From contig CM119371.1 in NCBI GenBank assembly GCA_051294905.1, forward strand, positions 39,744,001-39,808,000: a stretch of DNA of 64,000 nucleotides, written 5' to 3'. Source of the stretch: Botryllus schlosseri (taxonomy: Eukaryota). Both the position numbers and the translations under genes were made by a program. The notes below the pieces were generated by a model. The model made no database searches and was not told the DNA's origin. It worked only from the letters and a program-made list of their open reading frames with translations. This document shows positions 34,965 to 49,468 of this stretch, piece by piece (the stretch's first letter is position 1; each line of letters begins with the position of its first letter).

Positions 34965-36913
34965 CAATTTATATTACCCCTATTTGAAATCGCGTGCGTC
35001 AGACATGTCTCGTGATGGATAAAATTGTAGTGGCAAGACCTGACCACTCAAGCACAATTAGACGTTCTTGAACAAAACTCGTTCAACTTGTTCGGCTGAG
35101 AACGGTTTCAGTGAAATAGTTGAAATCAAAACAAGGGAAAAGAATCGCTTTTTTAATGATACACTTGAAGGCCTAAGTAATAGTAGCCATATTTGTTGCA
35201 CATCTGAACAAAATATTTTCAAGTAACTTCATCTACTTTTTGTAAAACTATTTTCGGTTGATTTGTGGAAATGAAATTTATTTCCAATAGAAGTGCGAAT
35301 AGAGCCGAAAAAGGTTGAAGCGCACTTTTGTTGCTTTAGATTTTAAAAAGCATAACGTAGTAACTGTTAAATATATAAATAATTGTCGATATGATGACAC
35401 CTATTGCTACTTCCAACAGTCATTTTGAATTAGTCGCGTGGCAAAATATTTCAGTTTTTAATTATACTTCTCATTTGGATTTTACTTTTGTGCAAGTAAG
35501 TCTATCCATAAATGACAAGACGGAATAAAAGCAAATTTCTACTCAATAACAAGTAGAAGCAACAATTTTCGTCTGTGTCAAAACTACCTCAAGAGGAGGT
35601 GGTATATAAAAAATCAGGTAATTACTGAAGTAGTTTCAAATGTAGGTTTGTTTAAAGCGTGACATAGTTTTTGCAGGTAATTCTTGATTGCTACTCTTGA
35701 AATTGGAAGATGCATCTTCAGAACTAACAGAAAATCATGAATGACGCTGCAAGTTTCGCAAAGATATTCAGTTAGCCTGATACACGGGCTATTTGACGAC
35801 ACTCACACACGTGATGAAAATATTTCCATTAATTACTCATCACTACTTATCAAACTGCAAGTTGAATAAGGTAAGAAATTTTGTTTAGAAATAATTCGAT
35901 AGAAGTGTAGAGAGTATGAATATCGTAGGCCCCGCTTCAACACATACCTCGGCGCTGCGCTCGTCTTCTGGAATCTATAACGTTTACTATGTAAGGCAAA
36001 ATATACCTTTATTGAAACCCGACCGATTAGTTTGCCGATAACATCGAGGCAATTTAAGGAAACAAAATATAGGTAATTTTTCTGATGTCACAGTATGATA
36101 GTAAGGAGTCAGATAACTGTGATTACTGTCATTGGGAGATTGGGATATTCCTTTATTTCTTATTGCTTACAGGCAGAAGTTGGCAAAGTAGTCACCGTTG
36201 GTACTCGAGAATACTAGATGTAACGTCAGAATTTTATACTCAAGTACAAACAGAACAGCTATTTCAAAGTTTCAGTTTGCGACCATGCAACTTTATATAG
36301 AAATTTCACTGTCAGACCCTACATTGGATATGACAAAACGAACGAAAGGGGGATTCAGCTCACAATTAGTTGTTGTTGCTGTTTTGTTGTATTCATGGTG
36401 TTTTTCCACTGCGATGGTAATTTACACCGCATGCCGGTCGTCTTTATTTTCACTCCGTAGCTGCCGACTTGTAGCACGGCCTATTTCTTGACATTTCAAG
36501 ACAATACTTATGTGGATGAGATTGCGAGCATAGGAGCTTATGTATAGATATACCTTCAATATGGAGTCGACCTCGATCGGACTCGAACCCGCAACCACAT
36601 TGGTGTTGGAGCTGTGAATGACAACGCTGTCTCGACACGCACAATGCGTGGTATGAGTAACGAGTTAAACTGGATCCTGGCAAGTTGCGCTATATTTCCG
36701 TAGTATGGGTGTATGGAGCAAACAAGAATAATACACGTAGCAGATGACTACAGACGAGAAAGCGCGTATCTTTTACGCTGAACTCAACGAGCTTCTGACT
36801 AGCTTGCGTCGCGACAATTTTCTCAGTTCATCATAAATATATTTATTATATCGGAACACTTGAGTATATTTATCTACTTGCATTACTTACTGAAGTGGTT
36901 GGTATGTGTATGC

Positions 36914-38326
36914 CAGTGTTGGGAACAAGTATCACTACCATCGAGTCATGCATGAATCATTTCGAGTCATTGCACATTTTGACTTGAGTCAAGTCAAGTC
37001 AATCGATTTTCGAAGATGACTCGAGTCAAGTCAGCTCACGCGTTTTTTGGAGGTGACTCGAGTCAAGTCAAGTCACGAGTCAAATCACAATTCAAGTCAA
37101 ATTCAATTTTCGAAGTATGAGTGATGATTCAAAGTCATGACATTTTCTGGATGTGTAAAAGACAGACGTATTGGTCATATATCTCGAATCAAGTACCAAG
37201 TATACAGCAGGGTTGTAACCAAGTTACAATAAGGTTCCGAGTCACAAGTCAATTTCAATTTTCTAGTTTTGACTCGAGTCGTTTTCAACTCACCACCGAG
37301 TCCAAGTCCGCGAGCAGAGGGTCGAGTCCGAGCATGGTATTATGACTCGAGTCCGAGCCCAAGTCAATGTGTTGACTGCTCAGCTTCCAGTTGAAATCTT
37401 GTTAAACTTACTTTTTTATAATTCAATTGGTGATATCGAATGGTTCGCATTTGTAATATACTAATTTTCCTCACTTTCAGCAGTATCTGATTTCATTTTC
37501 AAGTATTCGTACCAATAGACGAAATCCCAGTCGGGTGGTTACGTTACTATTCTTCGAAATTACGATGAAATATCGGTCTTGGCTGTTTATATCTCGTGTC
37601 ATAAGACTTGGTTCAAAGTCTAGCCAATAGGGCCTACACAGATTGACTCGACTCGAGTAATTTCCGTATTTTGGGAGTCGAGTCATTACAAACCTGGTAT
37701 AAAGTCCAATATGCAAAAAAGGCGTTGTTTCGCTCACGCAGACGTAGATCAGCTAATAAAATACGTGAGCCAAAACAGAGGATCGAATACGAAGCGTCGA
37801 GAAGTTGAAACAAATTGATATGATACACTGCCCATCCACATATCCGTGAGAATAGCCTACTAACGCATATACTATATTCGTTCTATTCAAATCATACAAG
37901 GTGAGGATTTCGGTCGAGGTGGGCAGGGCACTGCGCGAGGTAAGCACTCAGCCGTCCAAGAAACAGATACGTGGCTATTAGATTATTCTACTGCTAGAAC
38001 ATAAACGTCAGCTGCTGTCATCATTTCGTTTGCGGTCAATTTATTTGTGGTGTGACAATGAGGATCAGTGAAAGGTACAATCAGTGTATGACTTGTTTCT
38101 CTCAGAAGTCACGCCGGTAGGCCTATATCGCGAATAATCCCAACATAAATAAGATACAGATATTTAATCGACACTGTTTACTTGGTGAGTTGAAATTGAC
38201 TCGTAAATTAGGCTCCGAGTCAATCCACGTTTCTGAAGCGCCGAGTCAAGTCAAGTCATTTTTGCAAAGTGACTCGAGTCACGTCAAGTCATACGAAAAA
38301 CTTGACTCGAGTCACTCCCAACCTCC
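36914..38326. mobile_element. reverse-orientation copy of the CAGTGTTGGGA family, with a nested element
   Basis: CAGTGTTGGGA start, degenerate TCCCAAC end; GAGTC/AAGTC arrays; internal sequence matches the reverse complement of 6158-7066. Confidence 0.8.
37208..37696. mobile_element. hAT-like MITE, CAGGGTTGTAA family, nested
   Basis: CAGGGTTGTAA...TTACAAACCTG; TSD GTATACAG/GTATAAAG (7/8). Confidence 0.82.
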
Positions 38327-41300
38327 GGTGGCCTTCTACGTTCTAAGAATAATAAAAATCTGCTCACAATACGGAATTGTTAATCTCAAACGATTGATTA
38401 ATGTATTTTAAATTCAATACTACACATTTCATAGCATGAAAATGCTGTCAATAAACTACAATAAATCACCAAGATATCTACTACATTGTTCCACGGTAAA
38501 ATGTAGTTAATAGTCATTAACAATATTCTACTTGATCATGATGAGCTGTTGATAATGCTGAGAGTTATTTCAGATCAATCACAAGGTATCTGTCAACAAC
38601 ACCGATGTATGAACTGCCATTAGTGAATCATTATATTTCAGTGGAGAGAGAACAACGAATCAAATTCATACGATTATTTATCAGAAAGTTTGATCGTTAT
38701 GTGTTGAGATTCGGCCGTATTGTGGGTTAACTCTAGTATATCATGTTATTGAGATTTCAAATAAAGAGACTTTTTGGGGTACAGAACTTTAATATACATT
38801 TTAATAATATATTCATATTAGAAATATATCAAAACCCGAAGCTTTTCGAGCGAACACTCATCATGGGTAATCGTCGGCATAATGAGAATTTCAAAAACTT
38901 GCATATAACTACATTGCATACAGCCAATTGTGAGGTCATAGAAACAAAACATCAAGTGCAGACAAACCGCGAGCGCAGCTAGTGGCCGATTTTTAGCTAA
39001 AGCAAACGTTCCTTCTGCTGGCATAAGCGTGGTTGATGGATCTTAATGAATGTCCATTCCAGCGCGGACAAGTGTGCGGCCTTTACCCAAAATTGAGAAT
39101 CTGTCGTCACTATAGTTATTGGCGCAAGTAGCATGCTCAGCTAAATGCCTGCCAAATATTACCGAGACCATAAGACAGCTCAAAATGTGGGGAAGCACAA
39201 CTATGTAGGTATAGGTCGCATATAGAATCCTAAATTGACTTTGACATTGGAATTCAAAACCTACCTGAAACCGCAATATATTTTGCATTTTTTTACATAT
39301 CATATTTTTTTTATTTCATTTCAAATGGAATTTCTATTTCAATCCATCACACCAAATATAGAGACATCATACACTAAACATTCAAAATATTCAATTTTTC
39401 TCTTATTTTCAGTTTGTTTTTTGCTTATATGTACATTTTAATGTATTCAATTATCTCGAAGCTATAAACAGCAAAAAAGCACTAACACATATTAAGATTT
39501 TGATATGTATATGCACGTGACTTCTTACTACAACAATGATGAAAGATTGCATAAACGGTAAAGTGAGATCGAGGAAGTAACATCACGAAAATACGAGGTC
39601 GTACCAGCTAATATAAAAGTTGGTCAATAGCACTGGTTGACATTTTTCAACATTTTTGTTGCGAAAGATTAATTGAGTTTACCTAATTTGACGTTGCTGA
39701 TTCCAAATTTGCCATCTGAATTCACTCATCATGTCACAATTTTTCGCAAATCAAAGAAAAATTCTACTCAAAAACGGGGGCGTTATGCCCGTTTAGGTCC
39801 GTATTGTTATGTTCGTGCATTTACGTTCAGTGTTGTTTCACTCCTAATTTCTATAGGACTAGTAATTACCGCCAATCATTATTTCCTCGTGTGTCGTGCT
39901 TGTATTTATACCCTTTGTTCTGTTGTCTCGTGGTCTTTCATTTAACTGAACTCTGGATCGTGTCGCCTGTCTTAAAGTTATACTGCTGATAATATACTGA
40001 TTTCTTATTGCAACCTCGTCGCATTGAGTTATTGTTCAAACAAGATCAAGAACATAACACGTATATGATACAAAACACATCTTACAAAGCTCTCAACTTA
40101 CTTTATTGGATTTACAAAAGAATGAAATCATGCATCATAAAGGCTCCAACTGTACTGTAGCGAAACATCGGTTACGTTTGAATCGGTTAAATTAAGTTTC
40201 CCGGAACGGCAATGCTATTTGTCGAATGGTTAAGCTTTGCGCAACGTTTTGCTATGCAATTCAAAAATGCACAATATAAATAGTATGGTAGAATGAATCA
40301 CATGTTCATTTCATCAATGGAGCGCAGAATAGTCAGTTCGAGCTTCTAAATACAACGTATTTTTTCTGTTCTTCGCATCTCAGATTGGTTGATGGGAAAT
40401 TGTACGTTCTTGTGAGGCATAGGCCTTGTCGGTGTCAACATAGGCATCGTCGGTTTCGGATTCGCTGGTATCGCTGTCTTCGGTTTCGGATTCCGATTTC
40501 CAAGCCTGTCTGAAAAACAAATAACACTGAATATATATCTTTATTAAATAGACTTGTCTGCAAAATATTTGGACGCTCGAGATGGACCGGGCAACAGGGC
40601 CAACTCGCCCCATGCACTCTTCCCGAAAAGACTGAAGAGCATGAATCCACACCTGAAAAGCCCAAACGAAGGGTACATGAAAACATAACCTAACTATCGT
40701 GTCCATAGATTCCAAGTGCCTACGTGCATATCTTCCTATGTTCATATTTGTATGTATAATTTTGGTTAAGCTGCTGTAGTCGATTTATACTGCGGTATAA
40801 GTCTGAGGTAGGTTAGGTTTTCGTGTACGTCATCTACAAGTATATTAGAGCTTTCTTATGTGATATCAAACTAGATGCAATAACATTTTTTAATTGGTTT
40901 TCGCAGTTTCGCATCATCATCCCGTCATGTATCAGAATAGAAAACGATTGTGTCATTGAGTACAACATTAGGTCGATTTTGATGTAGAGCCCTCTCCTGG
41001 ATTTATACTAACGCAGAATAGTTCCCAATTATCTTTGGCACACCATCAATTTAATTGAATCATTTTATTCGTTTTATTCGGTTTAAGCATTTACCAACAC
41101 ATCGTACCTCAGAAAGCGACACTGACAGCCGGGCAGGAGTACTGGTTAGAGAATTCTATTGACAGTTTACATTTCGTGAAGGCAAATTGCCGTGTAGTTG
41201 ACAATATCGAGTACCGATGACACTTGGAAAAGTAGCTCAACACTTTCTTCCTTTGAAAGTGTCTTTTTCATGCAATAGCATTATCTGTATGAGTGGAAAC

Positions 41301-41327
41301 GCCATAAAATGGGACGTGTATTTCATC

Positions 41328-44300
41328 CAGACATGGGGTAATCGCGATTAGTAATCGTAATCGATTACGACGATTACAGCATTTTCAAGTAATCGTAATC
41401 GCAATCGATTACATTCGAAAAAATTCCGAAGTAATCGTAATCGTAATCGACTACTTCCCTTATTTAATCGATTTCTTTGTGAAAGAACGATTACTTTTTA
41501 TTTGTACAAGGACTGTGTCATAAACTGAACATTCGTGAACAAGAAAGAGGTAATACACCCGTTATTGAGAGCACAAACGTCTGATTTTCAAATGCCACTG
41601 TTCATTATTACGTCAGAAGTAGCCTATTAGCTTTCCTCGTCTTTGCGTAAGAAGTATCCACACATAGTAATTAGATATCCGATGTACATTTGTGTGATTG
41701 TAAGAACACCCACCGTGCTGTAAATCGGGTTATCAATATACATTTTCCCCCCACCCCACCCCAAAGAAAAAGTTGCATGTGACCAAAAAACGGTGCTTTA
41801 TAACGCACAACCATTTGTTGACTGATCAATATGGCCAAACATATTCGGATATGTCCGAACTATGTCGAATGCGGACTGCACTACAACTTTTGTAAAGTAC
41901 AGCTAAATTTGACCTGTTTTTACCGGTCGGGTAGCCGCTGACGAAAAATATATCACTAAGTCCGCTTGCTATGACCTTGAGTAGAATCGATGAATTTGGT
42001 ATGTTTTTCACGTTAGCTCATATGTTGGCTTAAAAAGGCAAACATTTTCGCCAGCGGCCTTGTTTTGAATTCAGCTTGACTTGTTCCTGCTCACTAGCAA
42101 TTTGGCCGAAAGGCTGTCACGGGCTTAACGAAATCCTCTCGTGAGCCTCACTTTATCAGGGGGTGTAATATGTACGGAAGACATTTAAACATCCACCTAG
42201 CTTAAAATCCGCCAAAGAAACATACATTTGTAAAGAACTATAGTTTCATACTTGACAGTTTAACCATAAAAATTTAAAAACCTTGTTAACCCAGTGGATC
42301 TTGCGATACAACCCTGAAGCCAGATTCTATCCTAAAAATTTCAAAATTCCCCCAAGGGGGAATTCCCCCCGGTTGGGAACCACTGACCTAGTTTAAAATA
42401 GCAGCTTTTGTATTAGTGTTTGATTATGCTTAGTTAAACGCAGTTTGACCGTTGCTGCTTGGCGAGCAGTAGGCCCACGTGGTACGAACGTACACAAGAC
42501 AGAGGTAAAAATTTTTGTAGGCCAACCCGTCAAATAAAACATTACTGTTTCCACAACAAAGCATTAAAAATCAACAGCTGCTGATATATATCATAACCGA
42601 GCCGTTTGTTTTTGCCGTTTCTCGTAATGGCACTTTGCATTGCATTATCTTAACGAGATAGTGTAATGGTTATGCGTCCGGCTTCTCGAGCGGTAGGTCG
42701 TGGGTTCTCGATCCCCGGCCAGGTCATACCAAAGACTCGAAAAATGGTATCCGCAGCTATCCTGCTAGGCGCTCAGCAATCACGGATAGCATGGAGGAGA
42801 AAAAAAACGGGGGCGCAGACTAGATGACCTCATGGGGCCGTATCGCAACTCCGTCGCCAAAGCATCTCGATGGTGCAGGCGAGAAAGAATATCATATCTC
42901 TCTCTCTCTCTGTATTAAGTTGAAGGCAGAATTTTATGTCCACCTTTTCTTATTCTCGTATTATTCTCCTCAAAACGGACGCCAATCGCTATTTCACAAT
43001 TCTTTACTGAACATTTGGACCTGCCGTCATAGCAATCGGCTTATATCATGTCATGAAAGTTGAGTTCACCACATATAACCTTCTCGTACGACCAGAACTT
43101 CTCTCGCCTCTCGTCGAGTTCGTCCTGGCAAGCAATGTTTTGATTTGAACAAATTTTCGTTAAGGTACACGACTTGCAAAAGTACACGACTTGTGACTGG
43201 TAATACAACATTTCTGTCGTGGCGCACCAGACCGATGAGGTGACAAGCGCCACAATGTCCCATTTTCAAAATTAATAATAATAATAATAATATACCATGT
43301 CAGCGACAAAACAGCAAAATAGTACCCCACTCTAAACGTTGGTCTTGGTCCCCCATTGGGTAGTCAATTTTCAAGTTGAAGATTTAATTTCGTCAATAAT
43401 ATTGGTAATTGCATTATATGGCATTTTAACTCCTATCTCAACCCCCGATGGTTAGATTTACCTGAAGAGCAGGAGGCGCGCAATTCATAATTATAACGTC
43501 TGGTATCTTGCAATAATTACTTTATTATATGTTGTTAATTCGTGACCTCCGGTCTGTTGTATAGTCAAACGATATTGTAGTGGCCTAAACGTAGCAGACT
43601 AAAAGGTAAACTTGCGTGAGACGCACACACAAATTGTCATGTCTAATGCTCTGAGGGTGTCCGAGTGGCATTTGCATCGTCGGCTCAGATTGGAAGAACA
43701 GGACTGTTAGTCACGCCCACCCAGCGCGGCTATTGACAATGGACACATATACCCTAAGTTTTGGCTAATGTAGTACTCTTCGTGGAGTCGCATGCTGGCC
43801 GAAACTGCATATGTCTTTTGGTGCTACGGGGCGCGGTATTGACTGGCACAAAAAATGCGTATTACTATGAATTATGCATGCTTTATTTCCTGAGGGGGAC
43901 ACATATGCATTTCAAAATCAAGCTATCTAGAGACATTTAAATCGCAAAACTCAAAGAGAATTTTTAAGTCAATGAAATCTCTCGAAAATACTCTATAATT
44001 TATGCTGGTTTACGAAATAATTTTGAGTCCCCTCCGAGCACGCTCCCAACCATAGGCTATTAAGGAATTTGGGGTGCGGGAGTTGCGGACCTAGCAAGAA
44101 TGCAAATCGTTGGGTGCGATAAATCGTCCTTTATAAAATGGGCAATGGGTACATTATGACGTAACAAGCAGATGTCGCATCTTTCTAAAATAAAGTTGTT
44201 TTCTCATTAGGCGTTTTCAGCGCAATCCAGGTATTGTCTTCCAATATAACTACTAAGATGCAAAATAAATGTAATCGTGAGTAATCGTGATTACTTTTCC

Positions 44301-44429
44301 AATGTAATCGTAATCGTAATCGACTACTTCCTGGTTTTGCTGTAATCGTAATCGCAATCGTAATCACGTGATTCAGAAGCAATCGTAATCGCAATCGATT
44401 ACATTCATGAAGTAATCACCCCATGTCTG
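41328..44429. mobile_element. 3.1-kb composite non-autonomous hAT-like element
   Basis: TIR CAGACATGGGGT...ACCCCATGTCTG; perfect TSD ATTTCATC (41320-41327 and 44430-44437); GTAATC subterminal arrays; contains other repeats and a SINE; no transposase ORF. Confidence 0.92.
42653..42911 (+). mobile_element. tRNA-derived SINE (central domain resembles Meta/MESC-type SINEs)
   Basis: A box TAGTGTAATGG (42659-42669); B-box-like GGTTCTCGATCC (42703-42714); body GGTCATACCAAAGACT..AAAAATGGTA..CCTGCTAGGCGCTCAGCA; (TC)n tail; absent from the paralogous site near 17900. The Meta-domain assignment is from memory. Confidence 0.8.
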
Positions 44430-44479
44430 ATTTCATCATCCAGGTAAACCGAACTTGGCGATGATAAACGTTCTGGTGA

Positions 44480-44843
44480 CAGACTTGGACAACTAGATAA
44501 TAATAGTAGTCTAATTTGAGCGAAATGCCGGTAATATAATTCTAGTTAAATTTGTGGATTGTTTCTATGCTCCCATTCTAGTTCTTATCTAATTTCTGGT
44601 TTCCCTGTTAATGCTACTGATAGAACTGTATAGAACGAAACGAACAAAGCTTGCTGTACAGATATTTGCTATTCTCGTGCTCATAAGAAGGAACCGACAT
44701 ATGAACGGGTGTTCATTACATGTCCAATGACTCACGAATTCAGCAATTCTAATTGTGATCTACTTTTAACATAGATGTGCAACTATCACTTTAATTCCAC
44801 TCAAATTTGGAAAAGTTGATCATTTTATAGTTGTCCAAGTCTG
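44480..44843. mobile_element. MITE, CAGACTTGGACAAC family
   Basis: 16-bp perfect TIR CAGACTTGGACAACTA...TAGTTGTCCAAGTCTG; TSD not convincing. Confidence 0.75.
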
Positions 44844-47800
44844 ACTGTTATCAATTCAGGAATCGAGTCAATTGGCGGCACAATTCTTGACAACACGTTC
44901 TTCATTACGATATGTACGGAACATTCGTAAGTTGCCACTTGCGATTACCTAATAAAAGTATGCGACACACGTCTCAGTAATCATATTTTAAATCCACAGA
45001 CGTCTTTAATTTTGAAACCTTCATTTAAAATACCTTTATTTGTAACCCGATTTAATAAATGGACTCCAACTTCTGTACGAGTCGAATCAATAACTATTTC
45101 GATAGTTTGTACAAATGATGAGACCACATATTCCGAACATCAACTCTATTTTTCACTTCCAGCCGCTGACCAGTGCGGACGGATTGTTTTTCGACTTTTG
45201 CCGTGTCTATAACGCGAGCCTCTCGTCAAATGTCAGTTTTTATTTTCCGATATTTCTCACAGGAAAATGAGATCCACGGCAGCTGAATGCAGCAAGTAAC
45301 CATGCATTGAAGTGACGCATTACTGCCGAAGCTCAACTATAGTGCTATACATTGACAGAGGTTGTCAGTAAGCAAGTACTTCTACTTTTTCCAATTATTA
45401 AAGTAATTTTGCCCAATTTCACTACTAACTGGGATGTATCACATCGCAAATTTGCAGAATAAACAAAGTTTGTTTTCAACGACGCTTCATTTGATGTACC
45501 GTGTGATATCGTTTTATCGTTATGACGTCACTATTCGACACCACGTTAACAATGAATCTATATAAATTTGTTTCATTTACAGCATGGGCCATTCCAAACC
45601 TGGACAACAAAACCAACGGTCTAGCATATTCCAAACTTACACATTTTCATGCACAAATGCAGTGTACTCTCAAGACTGCAATTTCACAACCGTACAGTAA
45701 AAAAAATGAATGAATCAGCTATGAAAAATTGCCCTTGAAGCCAGCTTTCACAAGATACTCTACACGCTTGACATTATAAATTTTGTAACGCTTGACCGAT
45801 TTCATACCATCAATTAAGTTTCGCGTCAATTTAACCTTTATCCCTACACCGCATGGCATTTATTGCCACATGGGAATAACGGTCAAGAAACTAGCTTTCC
45901 AGAAAACCGAGTGTCAAATCTTAACTGTAATCTAACATCTGCTCACACCTTTTCGAATATTACATTAATAAAACCTGAATGTCGCAGATCTGAAATGTGC
46001 CGAAAATCGTGAATTTTCAAAATGTCGCAACTTTTGACCCCGCAGTTCAATTTTCCTCAAATGAAGTTTATCGCGTTTGTAATTATCTCATCTGTGAATG
46101 TACCAATTTTCAGAAGATTTGGGAATGTGATGGCTCCAACTTTTGTCGTCCAGGTTTAGAATGGCCCGCATATGAGTATGGATCGAGCATGGAGGGGAGG
46201 GCTAAATTACAACTCTCGTTCTTAGAACGGTCAAACTTCGCGACTTCTACTCACCTGTTATAAAATCTGAGGTCGAGTAGCGGCCAGGTGTCTGCTTCTC
46301 GAGCCACTGAAATGAGAAATAATTTACAAATATACCAAATAATTGTTAGTAAAAGATGTCCAAATCCAAATCCCGTCATTAAATAAAATTTCGAATCGAA
46401 ATCGATTATTGATTTTGTATCGGTGGTCAGTAACGAAGTTCTCCTATTTTATCTACTTGGGCCGCTTAATCAAGTGGTTACAAGTTTAGACTACTTCCAT
46501 TTCGACTTGGTGTAACAGTTGTTGGAAAAAAATACTTACTTCATACAATTTGGATTTTGAAAAGTAGCAAGTAGTTTCGGGATGAATTTTCGTCATTTTT
46601 GTTCCGTGAAAGTGTCGTACGAGTAGCGTGAAATAGCCCATGTATCGCGGTAACCGAACATATTTTACAATATTTCGTTCACTTGCTGCGTATAGTCATT
46701 TTGAATTAACCGCGATGATAGATCTGGCAATTTAGAAACTAGATATCTCCTGTTAATTGCTAAAAGTAAGCATCCCTGCAACTAAATCTGCTTATGAAAC
46801 TACTCGCTTGAACGCACATCCGATCATTATGGAACCAGTGTTAGCAACTTTCAGAACCGATGGGTGTCAGTATGCTCACCAGATATCCATATAGAGCACT
46901 GTATTTTCTCCTGTGGTTACGAAAATATACGAGTCTCAAAACTTTTTTGACTCGTCGCCCCCTCATTAAGCTCTATATATCTTTACCACAACCCTAGAAG
47001 CTAGGGTATCATCAACTACTTTTCTCTACTACTTAACTAGTTTATAGCGACTCGTACACTTACTCAAGTAGTTTGATTTGAATACTACTTCTGCGTCAGT
47101 TTCTAGTGCTGAAATACTGATTTTTGCATTTTTGATATTGTCAAGCAAAAAGTAGTTTTTTAGACGCTTAGACGTCTTACTTTGAAATTGACACACTTCA
47201 TAAACAAGTTAATGATCAGCAACGTATGGGAAGTCATGCGTAAAACAATGATTCGCATTAAACATAGGATCTCGAATTATATTACTACTCACTACTACCG
47301 TGCGTTATCAGGTAACTGTGGTAACGACACTACATCACGCCACAAGATTTCTAGTCTGGTTAGTAACTCATTAGGCACGTAACGTGAAAGGAGCATTTCA
47401 TGCAAAATCATCACACTTCCTTCTTATATCTAAAAAATTACATATACCCAATAATACACTTATCCTAACAATGACTCACATTTTAAAACTTCCATTTCAG
47501 TATTGATATTATTTGCAATCTTCTGGGCTTTCTTCAATTCGTCTCCATTCAACATGTCATCTTCATACACGTATATCAATGTTACTTTCTTCAAAGTAGA
47601 GTTGTTAACGAGAGACAAAAAGTCATCGACTGAAACACGACATCCACCGTTGCATATGCATCTGATATATTCGATCTGTGGCGGGAGAATATCGCTATTA
47701 ATATTGTGTATCATAATGATGCTTCATGGTGTTGCTAACATTTTCACCAGGGGCTACGATTTGTTACAAAGTACTTTGGATCAGCAGTGTCCAACCTTTT

Positions 47801-48915
47801 TGCCATTCACGACCACATTTCGATTACTGATGTCGCCCATAGGACCTCATTATACGACATATTCGTAACGAACTAATTGGATGCCAAGTATCCATGTTAA
47901 ACTGGCCATGTCCATTTCTGCTGAACTCCGGACTAATCTATTTATTCATTCCGGCATACTATGAGTAATTTCTGGGACCTGCCATAGTCGCGCAAGTCGC
48001 GAAATTTTTTTCACATTCTGGCATGACTTTCATTACTATTATTAGTTGTTTCACATATTACTATCAAACATTTGAATAGTATATTCATTAAGGTTGTCGA
48101 AAATTTGAAAAATCTTGAAAATACTCCGTGACTGTGTCTCATTCTATAGATTATTGATAAAAACAACAATGAGGATACTGTAAAAATCTCACAGGAAAGC
48201 GGTTAAGATTTCGATCAAAGCGTTTGAAAGTAGCTGCCTAAGAATGGGCTTGCCACCGATCATAGAACGGCGAGAAGACAAGTAATTATATAACCAGGTC
48301 TCGTGATTGGCTAATCGGCTACGCTTCAATGATCATGACAGCAGCAGCTTACTGATCAGGTGTTCTACTCTTACGAGAATGAAATCTGATTACAATTTTG
48401 AATGATATCTAGATCGGATATAAAACGAAATTTGATTTTTGTTGTACATCCTCGGCATCTAATTCTATTATTTATTTGCAATTCAGTAATTTTAACTACA
48501 ATCTAATTTGGAAAAATTTGTCTAGCTAGAACAATTGAAACCCGATTTATAAAAGCTGAAAGTTTTCTAAAGTCTAACGATAAGATTCAGTTCGAAGCGA
48601 GTTTAAGGCTACAAGTTAAGTCAAGTATTCTAGTAGATAAGATTAGTAACGAAGTACTCCTAAAATTTCCGAGTACTAGGGGAGATTTTGCTTACTTACT
48701 CTGCTTACTCGAGTGGCCATGTTTCCACTTGCACTTCTGCTCAAGTTTTCAAGGCAAAACAACTCACTTTCGCAATCTCAATATCGTACAAAGTGGTTTG
48801 GTGATGTTTGCATCAGTTTTACATAGGACATTTTGGTAAGAAAGGCTTGAAACAGCCTCTGTATCACGGTAAATGAATATGTATTCAAAGACTGACCTAT
48901 TTTTAGGCTCATTAG

Positions 48916-49327
48916 CAAGGTTGAATAACTAGAGTCGCGATTATTTGGTGACTAGACTTGGCTTTGAAGAATAGTAAAGTCCCAAATTAATGGGATTTCG
49001 TCTATTAGTCCTGATACTTGGAAAATAGGGCCAGAAACTGTTAATACTGCGGAAAATTACGATATTTTGAATGCGAGCCATTCTATATCACTCGAGCAGA
49101 GTTAAAAAAAGTGGGTTGAGTCGGATTGAACTCAGAACTGAACAGTAAACACAATGAGTTGGACTCTGACTCGAGTCAAAACACCATGACTCGAATTCGA
49201 CCATCTATTGGCTGACTTGGAGTTGACTCGGTGAAGAATTGAAAATGACTCGACTTGACTCGAGTAATAACTATAAAGAGTGTGATCGTCTTGTGACTCG
49301 GAACCTTGCGACTTGGTTACAAACCTG
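48916..49327. mobile_element. CAGGGTTGTAA-family MITE, degraded
   Basis: Ends GGTTACAAACCTG; internal similarity to 37208-37696 and 54374-54930; flanks CTCATTAG/GTCATTCG. Confidence 0.72.
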
Positions 49328-49468
49328 GTCATTCGTCATTTTGAGATGTCCGCGAATATGATCCTTGCCATTTCTAAAGCAGACACCTTACATGGGCCAC
49401 AATGTAGCGAATTCTCAGCCAGATCTACTTTCAAAACAAATTCCTAGAGTGCTTTATGAAGCTTCATT

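Noticed and set aside
36560..36600. Minus-strand B-box-like GGTTCGAGTCC, possible SINE or tRNA
   Set aside because: No properly spaced A box or cloverleaf; too little support.
42653..42725. tRNA gene
   Set aside because: It has A/B boxes but no convincing acceptor stem, the B box is altered, and it continues into a SINE body with a (TC)n tail.
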